32,000 nt of DNA from Sinorhizobium meliloti (GCF_017876815.1 NZ_JAGIOS010000003.1:630001-662000), one strand, 5' to 3'. Positions 9,893 through 20,491 are shown, counted from the stretch's first letter. The notes: generated by a model from the letters alone, not told the origin. Numbers and translations are program-made.

Positions 9893-11512
9893 CTATTTCG
9901 CCGGTGCCGGCAGCGGCGCGGCATCCAGGGCCGCGGCCTCATCGCGCACGCAGCCGAGGATGGTCATTGTTACGTTGAAGGCCATGAGGAGCGCGCCGGC
10001 GAGGAACAGGGCGCCGCCGGCGGCGCGCATGACGTAGTACGGGAACATCGCCGCCACCGACTCCGCAAAGGAGTAGACGAGGAAACCCTGATCATCGTAT
10101 TCGCGCCACATCAGCCCCTGCTGGATGCCCGCTACCCACATGGTGGCGGCATAGACGACGATGCCTAGGGTCGCGAGCCAAAAGTGCCAGTTGACCATTT
10201 GCAGGCTGTAAAGACGCTCCCGGTTCCAGAGCTTCGGCACCAGATAGTAGATCGCGCCGAAGGTGATCAGTCCGTTCCATCCGAGCGCGCCGGAATGGAC
10301 GTGACCGATGGTCCAGTCGGTATAGTGGCTCAGCGAATTGACGGTCTTGATCGACATCATGGGCCCCTCGAAGGTCGCCATGCCGTAGAAGGCGACGGCC
10401 ATGACCATCATGCGGACGACCGGATCCGTACGGATCTTGTCCCAGGCACCGGAGAGCGTCATCAAGCCGTTGATCATGCCGCCCCAGGAAGGCATCCAGA
10501 GCATGATGGAGAAGACCATGCCGAGCGTCTGCGCCCAATCCGGCAATGCCGTGTAGTGCAGGTGGTGGGGACCTGCCCAGATGTACATGAAGATCAGCGC
10601 CCAGAAATGGATGATCGACAACCGGTAGGAATAGACGGGGCGATTCACCTGCTTCGGGATGAAGTAGTACATCATTGCCAGAAAGCCGGCGGTCAGGAAG
10701 AAGCCGACCGCGTTGTGGCCGTACCACCATTGCGTCAGCGCGTCCTGGACGCCGGCGAAGGCCGAATAGCTCTTGGAACCCATGAACGATACCGGCACCG
10801 CCAGGTTGTTGACGATGTGCAGCATGGCGATCGTCACGATGAAGGCGAGATAGAACCAGTTCGCGACGTAGATGTGCGGCTCCTTGCGCATCAGGATCGT
10901 GCCGAGGAAGACGGCCAGATAAGCGACCCATACGATCGTCAGCCAAAGATCGACGTACCATTCCGGTTCCGCGTATTCGCGCGACTGCGTGATGCCGAGC
11001 AGGTAGCCGGTCGCTGCAAGCACGATGAAAAGCTGATAACCCCAGAAAACGAACCAGCCGAGATCTCCGCCGAAGAGGCGCGCTCGACTCGTGCGCTGAA
11101 CCACATAGAAGGACGTGGCGATCAGTGCGTTGCCGCCGAACGCGAAGATCACGGCCGACGTGTGGAGCGGCCGCATGCGGCCGAAGCTGAACCAGGGCTC
11201 CACATTGAGGTCGGGGAAGGCAAGTTGCAGGGCAACGACGACGCCTACGAGAAAGCCGACCACGCCCCAGAATACCGTGGCGATGACGCCGTACTTCACG
11301 ACCTCGTCGAAATATTCCGTCTCTCCGGCCCGGCGACCCGCGGCAGCCGGACGGAAATCAACACGGCGCAGGAGCACCAATGTGCCGCCGAGCAGCACGA
11401 AGAACAGTACCCACATGTGCGCGCCGAAAAGGCGGTCCTGGGCGAGGCCTGCTCCGACCAGCGCCAGGAAGGCGCCGACGGCAAGTACGACCATCTCGAC
11501 TGTGTGTTTCAT
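9893..11512 (-). CDS. fixN: cbb3-type cytochrome c oxidase catalytic subunit I
   Basis: 539-aa polytopic haem-copper oxidase subunit. It is the first gene of fixNOQP, with a perfect FixK box about 100 nt upstream. Confidence 0.95.
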   Translation of the reverse strand: MKHTVEMVVLAVGAFLALVGAGLAQDRLFGAHMWVLFFVLLGGTLVLLRRVDFRPAAAGRRAGETEYFDEVVKYGVIATVFWGVVGFLVGVVVALQLAFPDLNVEPWFSFGRMRPLHTSAVIFAFGGNALIATSFYVVQRTSRARLFGGDLGWFVFWGYQLFIVLAATGYLLGITQSREYAEPEWYVDLWLTIVWVAYLAVFLGTILMRKEPHIYVANWFYLAFIVTIAMLHIVNNLAVPVSFMGSKSYSAFAGVQDALTQWWYGHNAVGFFLTAGFLAMMYYFIPKQVNRPVYSYRLSIIHFWALIFMYIWAGPHHLHYTALPDWAQTLGMVFSIMLWMPSWGGMINGLMTLSGAWDKIRTDPVVRMMVMAVAFYGMATFEGPMMSIKTVNSLSHYTDWTIGHVHSGALGWNGLITFGAIYYLVPKLWNRERLYSLQMVNWHFWLATLGIVVYAATMWVAGIQQGLMWREYDDQGFLVYSFAESVAAMFPYYVMRAAGGALFLAGALLMAFNVTMTILGCVRDEAAALDAAPLPAPAK

Positions 11513-11604
11513 GGTTGGACCCCAACTTCTTTTCTAATCGCTGACGGTGAACGCTTGCGCGCAAGCCGCCAACGTCGTTCGAGAATTGCCATAGCTTCGG
11601 CACC

Positions 11605-11618
11605 TTGATTCAGATCAA
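11605..11618 (-). promoter_or_regulatory. FixK box (anaerobox) upstream of fixN
   Basis: TTGATTCAGATCAA is a perfect match to TTGAT-N4-ATCAA. Its centre is about 100 nt upstream of the fixN ATG. Confidence 0.85.
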
Positions 11619-11770
11619 GACAATGGGAGCGTCGCCGCGCATGCCTCGGAAACCGGAGTGACCGCGACGTCGGAAACATGGCAGCCAGGCCCCTGTTCGC
11701 GGGACCGGTGACCCGGGCACATTGCGGTCTTGATGCAAGCTCCGCGCGCAGTACGCCGGATACAGCAGCG

Positions 11771-12167
11771 CTTGCTGCCCGGGCCGCTATCTCGTCCATC
11801 TCAACGCAGACGAAGATGTGGGCAGACGGCTTTGCTACAGGTTTGAGACCGCCTGGCTTCCACCAATTTGGCTTTTTTTCGCGCAAGGACCAGGCGTGTA
11901 TGCGCTCATCATGGTGGTCGTGCGCCGCCGTTGGTTCGCGGCAACGGCCAAACACGGCCGCGCTTTTCCATTGGCGGTTGCTGGCAAACTCCTCTATCTG
12001 GAGCGACATCTTTGATTGTTGCGCGTCCAATCGATCTTCTGGCCGGACATGGAAGAACAGTAGATGCAATTGCCCAAGAGCGCGTACCTGATCGGCACGA
12101 TGTAGGGCTGGCCGTCCCTGCAACAACCCAATCGCGCCAGATCTCCAGCGGCGACTATCCGTGACAT
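11771..12167 (-). pseudogene. Pyridoxamine-5'-phosphate-oxidase-like FMN-binding protein, frameshifted
   Basis: Frame 1 (12167-11994) reads MSRIVAAGDLARLGCCRDGQPYIVPIRYALLGNCIY... then stop. A second frame continues VSLQIEEFASNRQWKSAAVFGR...ERIHAWSL.EKKPNWWKPGGLKPVAKPSAHIFVCVEMDEI. No native stop remains, and the read-through produces the artefactual 252-aa ORF 11509-12267. Confidence 0.5.
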
Positions 12168-12274
12168 TCAACACAAGAAATCTCCCATACGAACATAGCT
12201 TTTCCCCTGCTCCCACCACGCCCGGTCGGCTGCTGCAACCCGGGGAGAGGGCTGAGCGCGCAACCACTGCAGGG

Positions 12275-12910
12275 TCAATCGCAGAGCGAACGCAGAGCTT
12301 CCAGCCTCACGATGTCGATCGTCCTTGCGTCCCTAAGCGCGATGACGCTGCGCGCCTTCAGTTTCGTCACCACGCGCGACACTGTTTCGATCGTCAGGCC
12401 GAGATAGTCCGCGATATCCTGTCGCGACATGGGCAAGCGTAGCTGCCTGCATCCTCCCTGACGCTCGCAAAGATCGACGAGGAATGCGGCAATCCGTTCC
12501 ACGGCACATTGCCTGCCGATCACCAGAAGATGCTGCTGAGCCCGTGCCATGCCGGTCAAGGCGAGCGCGAGAAGCTCCCGCGAACGCTCCTGCATATGCC
12601 GGCGACCGAAGACGCCCAGTGTTGTTTCCGTGATGGCTTCGGCAAAGAATGCATGGTTGGGTCCCGCTTCGAACCCGAACATTTCGCCTGGGAGATGAAA
12701 GGATACGACTTGTCGGCGTCCATCTGAAAGGAGGCGGTAGACACGCACGGCTCCGGTCGAAACCTGATAGCACTTGTCAATCAGATCACCCTGGGCATAG
12801 ATCTCGCGACCCGGCTTGTAGGTGGCGACAAGATGGGGCCCAGAAATTGGGGCCGGTCCAAGGTGTTCGGCCTCAATGGACTGTGGTTTGGCGGTTGCAG
12901 CGGCGTACAT
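12275..12910 (-). CDS. fixK: Crp/Fnr-family transcriptional activator FixK
   Basis: 211 aa, MYAAATAKPQSIEAEHLGPAPISGPHLVATYKPGREIYAQGDLIDKCYQVSTGAVRVYRLLSDGRRQVVSFHLPGEMFGFEAG..., with C-terminal HTH RQDIADYLGLTIETVSR. As I recall it, this is nearly identical to S. meliloti FixK. Confidence 0.95.
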   Translation of the reverse strand: MYAAATAKPQSIEAEHLGPAPISGPHLVATYKPGREIYAQGDLIDKCYQVSTGAVRVYRLLSDGRRQVVSFHLPGEMFGFEAGPNHAFFAEAITETTLGVFGRRHMQERSRELLALALTGMARAQQHLLVIGRQCAVERIAAFLVDLCERQGGCRQLRLPMSRQDIADYLGLTIETVSRVVTKLKARSVIALRDARTIDIVRLEALRSLCD

Positions 12911-12989
12911 GGATTATCCCCCGTTCGATGTGGGGACAGATTGCCAATTCGCGTGACCCGGGGATATTCGGTTAGATCACTAAAGGGAA

Positions 12990-13337
12990 CTACTTAGCCG
13001 CCTCGATCAGGCTGTTGATCACGCCGAGCAGGTCGGCACCGGTGAACGGTTTCGTCAATGTCGTGTAATCCACACGTTGCTGAAGGGCCGACAGGCCATC
13101 AACCAGCAGGATGGCCGGGCCCCCGCGATTGCTAAGGAATTGCGCGGCGGCCTGAGGCTCGGATCTGAGTATGTCGTCGTCCAGGACCGTGCAGAGCGCC
13201 AGCCGGGAAGCATCTTCGGCTGTCCGCAAGGTGTCGTACGACTGGGTCGCATATCCTTCGACCTCAAGCGCGAATGCCACGGACCGCCGGAGGCCCTGGT
13301 CCGCCGCGACGACGATGATGGTTTTCGCATCCAACAA
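12990..13337 (-). CDS. fixT: FixT, receiver-domain-like inhibitor of the FixL kinase
   Basis: ...LLDAKTIIVVAADQGLRRSVAFALEVEGYATQSYD...LTKPFTGADLLGVINSLIEAAK. It lies between fixJ and fixK. The start is uncertain. The ATGs at 13412 and 13385 lie inside or too close to the FixK box, so I prefer the TTG at 13337. Confidence 0.75.
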   Translation of the reverse strand: MLDAKTIIVVAADQGLRRSVAFALEVEGYATQSYDTLRTAEDASRLALCTVLDDDILRSEPQAAAQFLSNRGGPAILLVDGLSALQQRVDYTTLTKPFTGADLLGVINSLIEAAK

Positions 13338-13411
13338 TTTGAGTCCCGCGCAATGTGACGTGCATCTGCCGCAATGAGCCGCCATTACGCCCCTTGCGGC
13401 AACGCGCCGCA

Positions 13412-13425
13412 TTGCGCGAGATCAA
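13412..13425 (-). promoter_or_regulatory. FixK box upstream of fixT
   Basis: The minus strand reads TTGATCTCGCGCAA (TTGAT-N4-CGCAA). It sits in the fixJ-fixT intergenic region. Confidence 0.7.
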
Positions 13426-13434
13426 CTCGGTGGA

Positions 13435-14047
13435 TCAGGAAGGACCGAAGCCACCGGCGAGAGCCATTCGCACGAGGTGGGGAAGGCTCTTCGCCTTCAT
13501 TTTGGCCATGACGTTCGCGCGATGCACCTCGACGGTGCGAGGACTGATGTCCAGGTCATAGGCAATCGACTTATTGGGGAGGCCCGCCACTACAGCCGAT
13601 AGCACCTGGCGTTCTCTCTCGCTCAGCGTCTGGAGCCTTGCTCGGATATGGTTGCCTTCGCCCGCATCGGCTTGCGGAACGACCAGATGTTCAGATGCCC
13701 TCTCGATTGCCTCGATGATCACGGTATCCCTCGAAAGGTTTTTCGATGAAATCCACGGCTCCCGCTTTCATGGCCTCTACCGCCATGGGTACGTCGCCGT
13801 GCCCGGTAATCACGATCGAGGGTATATTGATCTTGTGATCGCCGAGATTGCGCAGGAGGTCCACACCGGACATCTCCGGCATTCTCAGATCCATCACGAG
13901 GATGCCGTTTCTGACGTTCGGCGCGAAAGCCAGAAAGGCCTCGGCCGATTGATGCATTTTCGCGGCGAATCCGTTCATTGTCATGAAGGTCAGCGACTTC
14001 CTGACCGGCTCTTCGTCATCAACAATGTGCACCGTATAATCAGTCAT
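13435..14047 (-). pseudogene. fixJ: Response regulator FixJ, disrupted by a 1-nt insertion (or a sequencing error)
   Basis: The receiver domain [17 protein letters not shown]...AVDFIEKPFE is in one frame. The LuxR-type HTH domain IIEAIERASEH...LSERERQVLSAVVAGLPNKSIAYDLDISPRTVEVHR... is in another. The switch is at GAGGGATACC (13728-13730), where GAG GAT ACC is expected. Confidence 0.85.
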
Positions 14048-14285
14048 TTGCAACGATCCGTTCATCTACATAGGCGGGAAGCGTGAACCGGAAAGTGGCT
14101 CCGCCGACCGCATTTTTCGAGACAGCCATTTCACCGCCGTGCGCCTCGACGATCTGCTTCGAGATGGACAGCCCGATACCCATTCCGCTTGCCTTTGTGG
14201 TCACAAATGGCTTGAAGAGCTGACCGCCGATTTCCTCCGGAATGCCCCCACCCGTGTCTTCAACGACAACGGCAATTCCCCGCAT
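14040..14285 (-). pseudogene. fixL: fixL 3' fragment (last ~80 codons, HATPase domain only)
   Basis: ...[76 protein letters not shown]. It overlaps the fixJ ATG by 8 nt. Homology and base composition break at about 14285. No PAS or haem domain is present. Confidence 0.85.
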
Positions 14286-14689
14286 CGGCCGGCATTATGT
14301 TCCGAGGACTATTTACCGCTGCAATGCCTAGCGCTTTGCTGGTTTCAACCATGCGACCCTTCCTAGACCATGCTGGCGTAAGTAGCCAACCCGCTCCTTG
14401 CAATTGTCTGAGGACGGAAGATGGCTGCGACCTATTTGATAGTGACGTACAAGGCAATCCTCCTCGCAATTTAAGTCAGCCAGTTTGAAGATGACCTAAA
14501 CGCGGCGGCAGATCATTGTGCAGTTGAGGATGCGCACCGCCGCGAATGCTGCGATGAAAGCAATGAAGATTTACCCGGCGTTAGACGCCTAAGATCAAGC
14601 GCTCGGCGCGAGCCCAAGGCTCGAGATCGCGGGGCGCAAAGACCGTAGCTTGATCAGTGCCGATCGTCGCCGAATGAAAACCCTTCCGT

Positions 14690-15045
14690 CGCGGGCTCAA
14701 GGGCAAATTCTACGCATTCGTCGACGCCCATGTCGGCCCAACGTCATCTGACCAGCCGCAAATCTCCGACTGCACCGGCCCAACGCGCTGCCGCATGACC
14801 TCGGCCAGGACGATATCGTGCTAACTGGCAGGTTAGTGATACTATCTTGCTAAGGCCGCCGAGCAAAATCCTAGGCCAACATCCCGCCAAGGACAAACGA
14901 GGGTCATTCGTTTTCTCGCGCTGGTCTATCGGCAGCGGAACCTTCTAGAGCAGTGTCAACGGCGCTGTGAGGCATCGCGACCAGTACAATCTCCGAACAG
15001 TACTCCATGCAGTAGAGCAATCGGTGCGGAGCTAGGGTGTCATAA
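14690..15045 (+). mobile_element. Degenerate IS5-family transposase remnant
   Basis: Broken frames read KGKFYAFVDAHVGP...QISDCTGP...IVL(A)..., NPRPTSRQGQTRVIRFLALVYRQRNLLE and GIATSTISEQY. These resemble the IS5-family DDE region and the Y-x-x-R-N-x-I-E ... IATRYDK tail. Several stops and frameshifts are present. Confidence 0.5.
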
Positions 15046-15131
15046 TGAGGAGCAAACGCTCTAGATGCGCAACCTGAGCAGGTTACCCTCGGTCAGTCCG
15101 AGTCTGTGATCGTAGCCCGCCCGCTTGGTCC

Positions 15132-15824
15132 TTAAAGATCGAGCAGAGAAAACCAATCGTGGACGCTCAGTCCCAATTGTTCGAGGTGGGACGCCAGCGT
15201 CTTTGCTGGGTCACCGCCCCCGGCGCTGTAACTCGGAAGGGACAGATTATCGTCGCCCAATGGAAAAAGCGCACCGTGGCGCTCCAACACCGCGGCGGCG
15301 CCGATCTCTCCGCCCGCTGCAGAGGAATTGGCCTTTGCCGCGACTCTCGGAGTGAAGTAGCCGCCGCGAGCATAGCCCAGACCATTCAAGCCGCTGCTTT
15401 CGAAGGCTGTCACGCGACCGACCATCATGACATGGTCGCCCGCCTCGATAACATCATGCATCGAACATTCAAACCACGCCGCCACCTGCGCGAATATCGG
15501 ACAGCCGTTCGGACCCCTCGCCCAGTCGACAGCAGCGAAGCGATCTTCGGCGGGGCGGGCAAATTTAATGGACACATCCTTCTGCGCCTCTGACAATATG
15601 TTGATGGCGAAGTGCTCGGCTGTGGTCATTGTCGAGTAGTCGCGCGCAGTCTTGGGAACGCAAACGAGCAGCAGCGGCGGATCCAAGGATACAGATGTAA
15701 AGGACTTGGCAGTGAAACCAACCGGTCTGTCCGCCGGACCGGTGGCTGTTATGACCGTCACTGCGGTTGGAAACGCTCCAAACGCCTCGCGCAAAGCTCT
15801 CGGGTCGAAAACGTCCGCCTTCAT
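15132..15824 (-). CDS. Flavin reductase-family (HpaC/NtaB-like FMN-binding) protein with a C-terminal extension
   Basis: 230 aa. LREAFGAFPTAVTVITATGPADRPVGFTAKSFTSVSLDPPLLLVCV is the flavin reductase signature. The last ~65 aa loosely resemble a Nudix-like segment. Confidence 0.8.
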   Translation of the reverse strand: MKADVFDPRALREAFGAFPTAVTVITATGPADRPVGFTAKSFTSVSLDPPLLLVCVPKTARDYSTMTTAEHFAINILSEAQKDVSIKFARPAEDRFAAVDWARGPNGCPIFAQVAAWFECSMHDVIEAGDHVMMVGRVTAFESSGLNGLGYARGGYFTPRVAAKANSSAAGGEIGAAAVLERHGALFPLGDDNLSLPSYSAGGGDPAKTLASHLEQLGLSVHDWFSLLDL

Positions 15825-16009
15825 GTCCTTTCCCTCCTTGCGCGCCAGCTATTCTGCCATCGTCGCATAGACGGCTTCTGCAGGCAGATTCACCATGTGT
15901 TCGGCCCGCCGCGGATCGCCAACGATAGGGCCTTTCTGTCGACTTGAGACCTCCAGCACTTCCCTGCGTATTCGAGCGGCCATCGGTAGCCGTCTTCTAG
16001 ATTACGTCT

Positions 16010-16273
16010 CATGGTATGCCATATTACGTTCCTGTCAAGCGACTCTTCAATGCGGGACCTGATGCCCGGCCAAACGCCTGACCGCGGCGACCCAACCTAT
16101 GCCGATGCCATACTCGATAGGTTGGTCCACAATGCCCACCGCATCGAATTGAGCGGCGATAGTTTGCACCGAAATCTGCCGCGCAAAGCTTGAGACCTCG
16201 CCTGAATGAACTGACAACAATCATCGCCTGCAGACCCCACTAAACAGGGGGCGAGATCATCCCGGAAACCGGG
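16010..16273 (+). mobile_element. istB: Remnant of a second IS21-family element: degenerate istB 3' end plus the start of its terminal repeat region
   Basis: GDPTYADAILDRLVHNAHRIELSGDSLHRN is the IstB C-terminal signature (16083-16193). It is followed by GGGGGCGAGATCATCCCGGAA. The end is interrupted at 16273/16274 and resumes at 20441. Confidence 0.7.
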
Positions 16274-16324
16274 TGTCAATGCCGCTGTAAATTTCCCCAA
16301 AAGTGCCGAAGTAAAATTCCCCAA

Positions 16325-17203
<879 letters not shown>

Positions 17204-17207
<4 letters not shown>

Positions 17208-17986
17208 GGGCGGTTCTCCCGTGCCATGGCTTTGCCCACGGCGTCATAAAACGCCAGCGACCGATGAGAGACTCTGTCGCCAGCGCCCTGAAGAACGACG
17301 CTGCTATCGGTGGACGGCGGCAGTGAACGCTGGCAGGCCATGCTTCGACGATGATCGGGGTGGATGTGTCGTTGCCTGCGCCCCTCGAGGACAGGATGGA
17401 CGGCGATCAGCGTGCCGTTCTCGAAGATGCGGACCTCGTCCGCGAGCGAATGGACTTCGACCATCCGGCTGCCGGTCGCGTCGGGAACACTGTAGGCATT
17501 GCCGCCGACGCTGACCATGCCTTCGCGGGAGATGCGGCGCTCCAACTTCAGAACCGAGCGGAAAGCGGCGAGCGGAAGCGGTCGCAAATGCGGCCGTTCT
17601 TCGGCGAAAGCCTCATTGACGACGCGTAAGGTGGTGGCATGCGTGCGCGGATTGGCGACGCTGTCCAACCAGTGCCGCAGTTGAGCGTTGAGGTCGTCGA
17701 GGTTGCGGAACGAGCGCGCCAGGAAGAAGTCTTCCCGAATATAGCGAAACGGTCTCTCGACCTTGCCCTTCGTCTTGGCCCGATAGGGACGGCATGCCCG
17801 GGGATGAAAGCCGTAGTGACGCGCGAGATCAACAAGCGCACGGTTATAGACAATACCCTCTGTCTCGCCCTCGCCGATGACTGCCGTCTTCATCCGATCG
17901 TACAGGATCTCGCGCGGAACGCCCCCAATCGCCTCGAAGGCGGCGACATGGCAACGCAGCACGGTCGGCAGGTTCTGATGATCGGC
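17204..17986 (-). CDS. istA: IS21-family transposase IstA, 3' exon (downstream of the group II intron)
   Basis: ADHQNLPTVLRCHVAAFEAIGGVPREILYDRMKTAVIGE... It is 261 codons including the stop. The part of track ORF 17204-18655 upstream of 17986 is read-through into the intron. Confidence 0.85.
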
Positions 17987-19810
17987 ATAGGGGCGGCCGT
18001 TGTGACCGCGCCCCTGCCACACCACCCGGCATGCGGGTCCGCACCGGGCGGTTCGAAGAGTTGAGGTCAGGCGAGGCGGGGGATACGGAGGGCATCCATC
18101 CACCTGAGGGTTAGGACCGAATTGAGCAACATGCCGCTGTTGCGCCACCATCTGCGGCTGTTGACCGCGATCTGCCGTGCCACTTCGGGCTTGGCGCCCT
18201 TGGCAAGCAGGGCCTTGTAGGTGGTCTTGCCACGCTTCCAGTGCTTGAGCTGGATCGCGCGCACCCGGTGACGCATCCACTCCTCCAGCTCCTTGAAGAG
18301 CCTTGGAGTTTGTGCCAGCCGGAAGTAGGCTTTCCAACCCAGAACATAGACGCGCAGGCGCTCGGCCACTTCCGCCATGCTGCGCCCGCCCGAACGGCGG
18401 GTCAGTTGCCGGACGCGGCGCTTGAACGCCTTGAGCGGCTTGTCGGCCACCCTGCGCTTGACCGCGCCATCCCGGCCCCGCCAGAAGCTGAAGCCGAGGA
18501 ACTTGCGGCCAAACACACTGGTAACCGCGCTCTTGCCCTCGTTGATCGTCAGGTGCAGCCGTCCGTAAAGCCGCCGCAGAAGCGCCATGACCCGTTCGCC
18601 CGCCTTGCGGCTGCCAACGTAAACGTTGCAGTCGTCCGCATAGCGCACGAAGCAATGGCCCCGGCGTTCCAGTTCCTTATCCACCTCATCGAGCAGCACA
18701 TTGGCCAGAAGCGGCGACAGCGGCCCGCCTTGCGGCGTGCCCATCACCCGCTCCTGGACCACGCCATGGTCCATGATGCCGCTGTTCAGATAGGCCCGGA
18801 TCAGGCGGATAACCCGCTTGTCCGATACCCGTTTGCTGAGGCGGTCGATCAGGATGTCGTGGTTGACCCGGTCGAAGAACTTCTCCAGGTCGACGTCCAC
18901 GACAATCCGCCGGCCCGACTGCACGTATGACTGCGCCTCGAGGACAGCGTCATGCGCACTACGGCCCGGCCGGAAGCCGTGGCTGTGCTCGCTGAAAGCG
19001 GGATCAAGGAGCGGCTGCAGCACTTGCAGCAGCGCCTGCTGGATCAAGCGATCCGTCACCGTCGGGATGCCGAGCTCGCGCTCGCCCCCATCCGGTTCGG
19101 GATCGTCACCCGTCGCACCGGCATCGGCCGGTACGTTCCCGCCAGAACCCGTTCGCGGATGCCAGGCCACGACGTGCGCAGATGAGCCGCGGTCGCCTCG
19201 ATGGACAGACCGTCCGCACCAGCCGCGCCCTTGTTGGCCTTCACCCGTTTCCAAGCTCTTTGCAGGTTCTCGCGCGCCAGGGCCGCTTCCAGCAGCCCCG
19301 GCCCTGTGCTCTGCGCGTCACAGCGCGGGCAGGTCGCTTCATCGCTGCCCGGTTCAGACAGGGCTTCACCCTGTCTCCCCACGGACCGCCCCGCTCTCGC
19401 GGGCATCTGATGCCTGGCTTCCTGCATCGCTATGCCTCAAGCACTCCTCTTCGTTCGGTCCTTCGCCGCGGATACGGCTACTACGACCTCTGCTGACTTC
19501 TCGCTCCGGCTCGACACCGTCGCCCTTTCAGGCGCAAGGCGAGATCTCCCCGGGTAAGAACGCATTCCTTCACCGCACCACCGCCGGATCTACGCCGCCG
19601 CCCCTTGGTCACGAGAGCTTCGCGGTTCATGGCCCGCTCGCCCTGGTCGGCACCGCCTCATATCCGGTTCTTGTTCATCGGCACGCGGTTTACGCTCCAC
19701 GCTTCCTCCCCACGCTCGGTCACCCTCACGCAGTTGCGCTTCACTTCACTCGCTGTGACCAGCTCGTGGCGGGACTTCCACCCGCAGGAATGCGCCCATG
19801 CCGGGCGCAC
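17987..19810 (-). mobile_element. Bacterial group II intron (1824 nt) in the sense strand of istA
   Basis: The 5' end is GUGCGCCCGGCAUGGG. There is a domain V-like hairpin ACCGCCCGGUGCGGACCCGCAUGCCGGGUGGU and a domain VI stem AGGGGCG...CGCCCCU, with the intron ending AU. An RT/maturase ORF occupies domain IV. Removing the intron joins the istA exons in frame (...ARFVM|ADHQNL...). Confidence 0.85.
18067..19427 (-). pseudogene. Group II intron-encoded reverse transcriptase/maturase, one-base frameshift; no endonuclease domain seen
   Basis: The N-terminus LLEAALARENLQRAWKRVKANKGAAGADGLSIE...YRPMPVRRVTIP is in one frame. DGGERELGIPTVTDRLIQQALLQVL...RYADDCNVYV (the YADD motif) is in another. The break is at CCGAACCGGATGGG (19096-19097), where AAA is expected. 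The length is 1361 nt, which is not a multiple of 3. Confidence 0.85.
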
Positions 19811-20296
19811 CATGACGAAGCGCGCCCAGATGAGGCGGCTGTAGCCGAGCACCATGGAAAACAACCAGACGATCCTCGGCGTCGTCGGTTCATCGGTGAA
19901 CACGACATGAAACTGGGCAAAATCGACCTGCGCCTGCTCGCCCGGCGGCGTCTCGAAGCGAACCTCGAACCCTTGCTCGCTCGGTGGTCGAACGTCACGC
20001 AAGAAGTCGGTCAGCGCCGTGTAGCCGCCGGAATAGCCGAGATCCTTGATCTCGCGGAAAAGCCGCCGCGCTGTCAGGCCGGGATAGGCCTGCACGCGTT
20101 CGCGAAGATAGGCCGCGAACGGGTCGATCACCGTCGCTCTTGGCTTGCGCGGGCCATAGACCGGAGCCTCCAGCCCGCGCTCGATGTACTTGCGCACCGT
20201 CTTGCGATCGATACCAGCCTGCCTGGCGATCGCTGACACCGACAGACCTTGCCGATGTAGATCCAGGATCATCATCATCTCCCTCAGCTTGATCAC
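19811..20296 (-). CDS. istA: IS21-family transposase IstA, 5' exon
   Basis: (V->M)IKLREMMMILDLHRQGLSVSAIARQAGIDRKTVRKYIERGLEAP...LFSMVLGYSRLIWARFVM. The GTG at 20296 has AGGGGG 7 nt upstream (the track start is 20341). This exon has 162 codons, giving 422 aa with exon 2. Confidence 0.8.
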
Positions 20297-20440
20297 CGAA
20301 ATCCCCCTTCCGACCATCGGAAGCAGTATCGGTGATAACATGTGACCGATCTTCCGGGGCGCGCGCCGGAAGACCGCTCACGGCGCAAACTGGGGAAGAT
20401 TCAAACGGCACATTTGGGGAGTATTGTTCCGGTATCCACA

Positions 20441-20491
20441 CCGGGGGCGCAATCATCTCGGAACAAAGGGGCGGCTTCATCGGAATCGGCA
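20441..20491 (+). mobile_element. Terminal piece of the interrupted IS21-family remnant (continuation of 16010-16273)
   Basis: CCGGGGGCGCAATCATCTCGGAACAAAGGGGCGGCTTCATCGGAATCGGCA. It carries the same repeat motif as 537-634 and ends in CA at 20491, where the IS630 reading frame is cut. Confidence 0.65.

Noticed and set aside
10092-11608. Long ORFs 10092-10961 (minus, alternative frame) and 10184-11608 (plus) inside fixN.
   Set aside because: They are shadow ORFs typical of high-GC coding DNA, with Arg/Asp/His-rich low-complexity products. The region is fully explained by fixN.
11509-12267. 252-aa ORF filling the fixK-fixN interval.
   Set aside because: It is arginine-rich, runs through the fixN FixK box and ends on the fixN ATG. 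Only its central part is protein-like, and that part belongs to a frameshifted PNPOx-like pseudogene.
15849-15983. 44-codon minus-strand ORF upstream of the flavin reductase gene (MAARIRREVLEVSSRQKGPIVGDPRRAEHMVNLPAEAVYATMAE).
   Set aside because: It could be the 3' remnant of a monooxygenase partner cut off by the IS21 remnant at about 16010. It is short, is preceded by an in-frame stop and has no motif I can name.
17987-18655. N-terminal 220 aa of the 483-aa ORF 17204-18655.
   Set aside because: It is read-through from the istA 3' exon into the group II intron (domains IV-VI), in a different frame from the RT gene. The product is Gly/Arg/Gln-rich with no motifs.
18818-20236. 472-aa plus-strand ORF.
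   Set aside because: It is antisense to the intron RT and the istA 5' exon. It has Pro/Ser/Arg-rich low-complexity sequence and is a shadow ORF.
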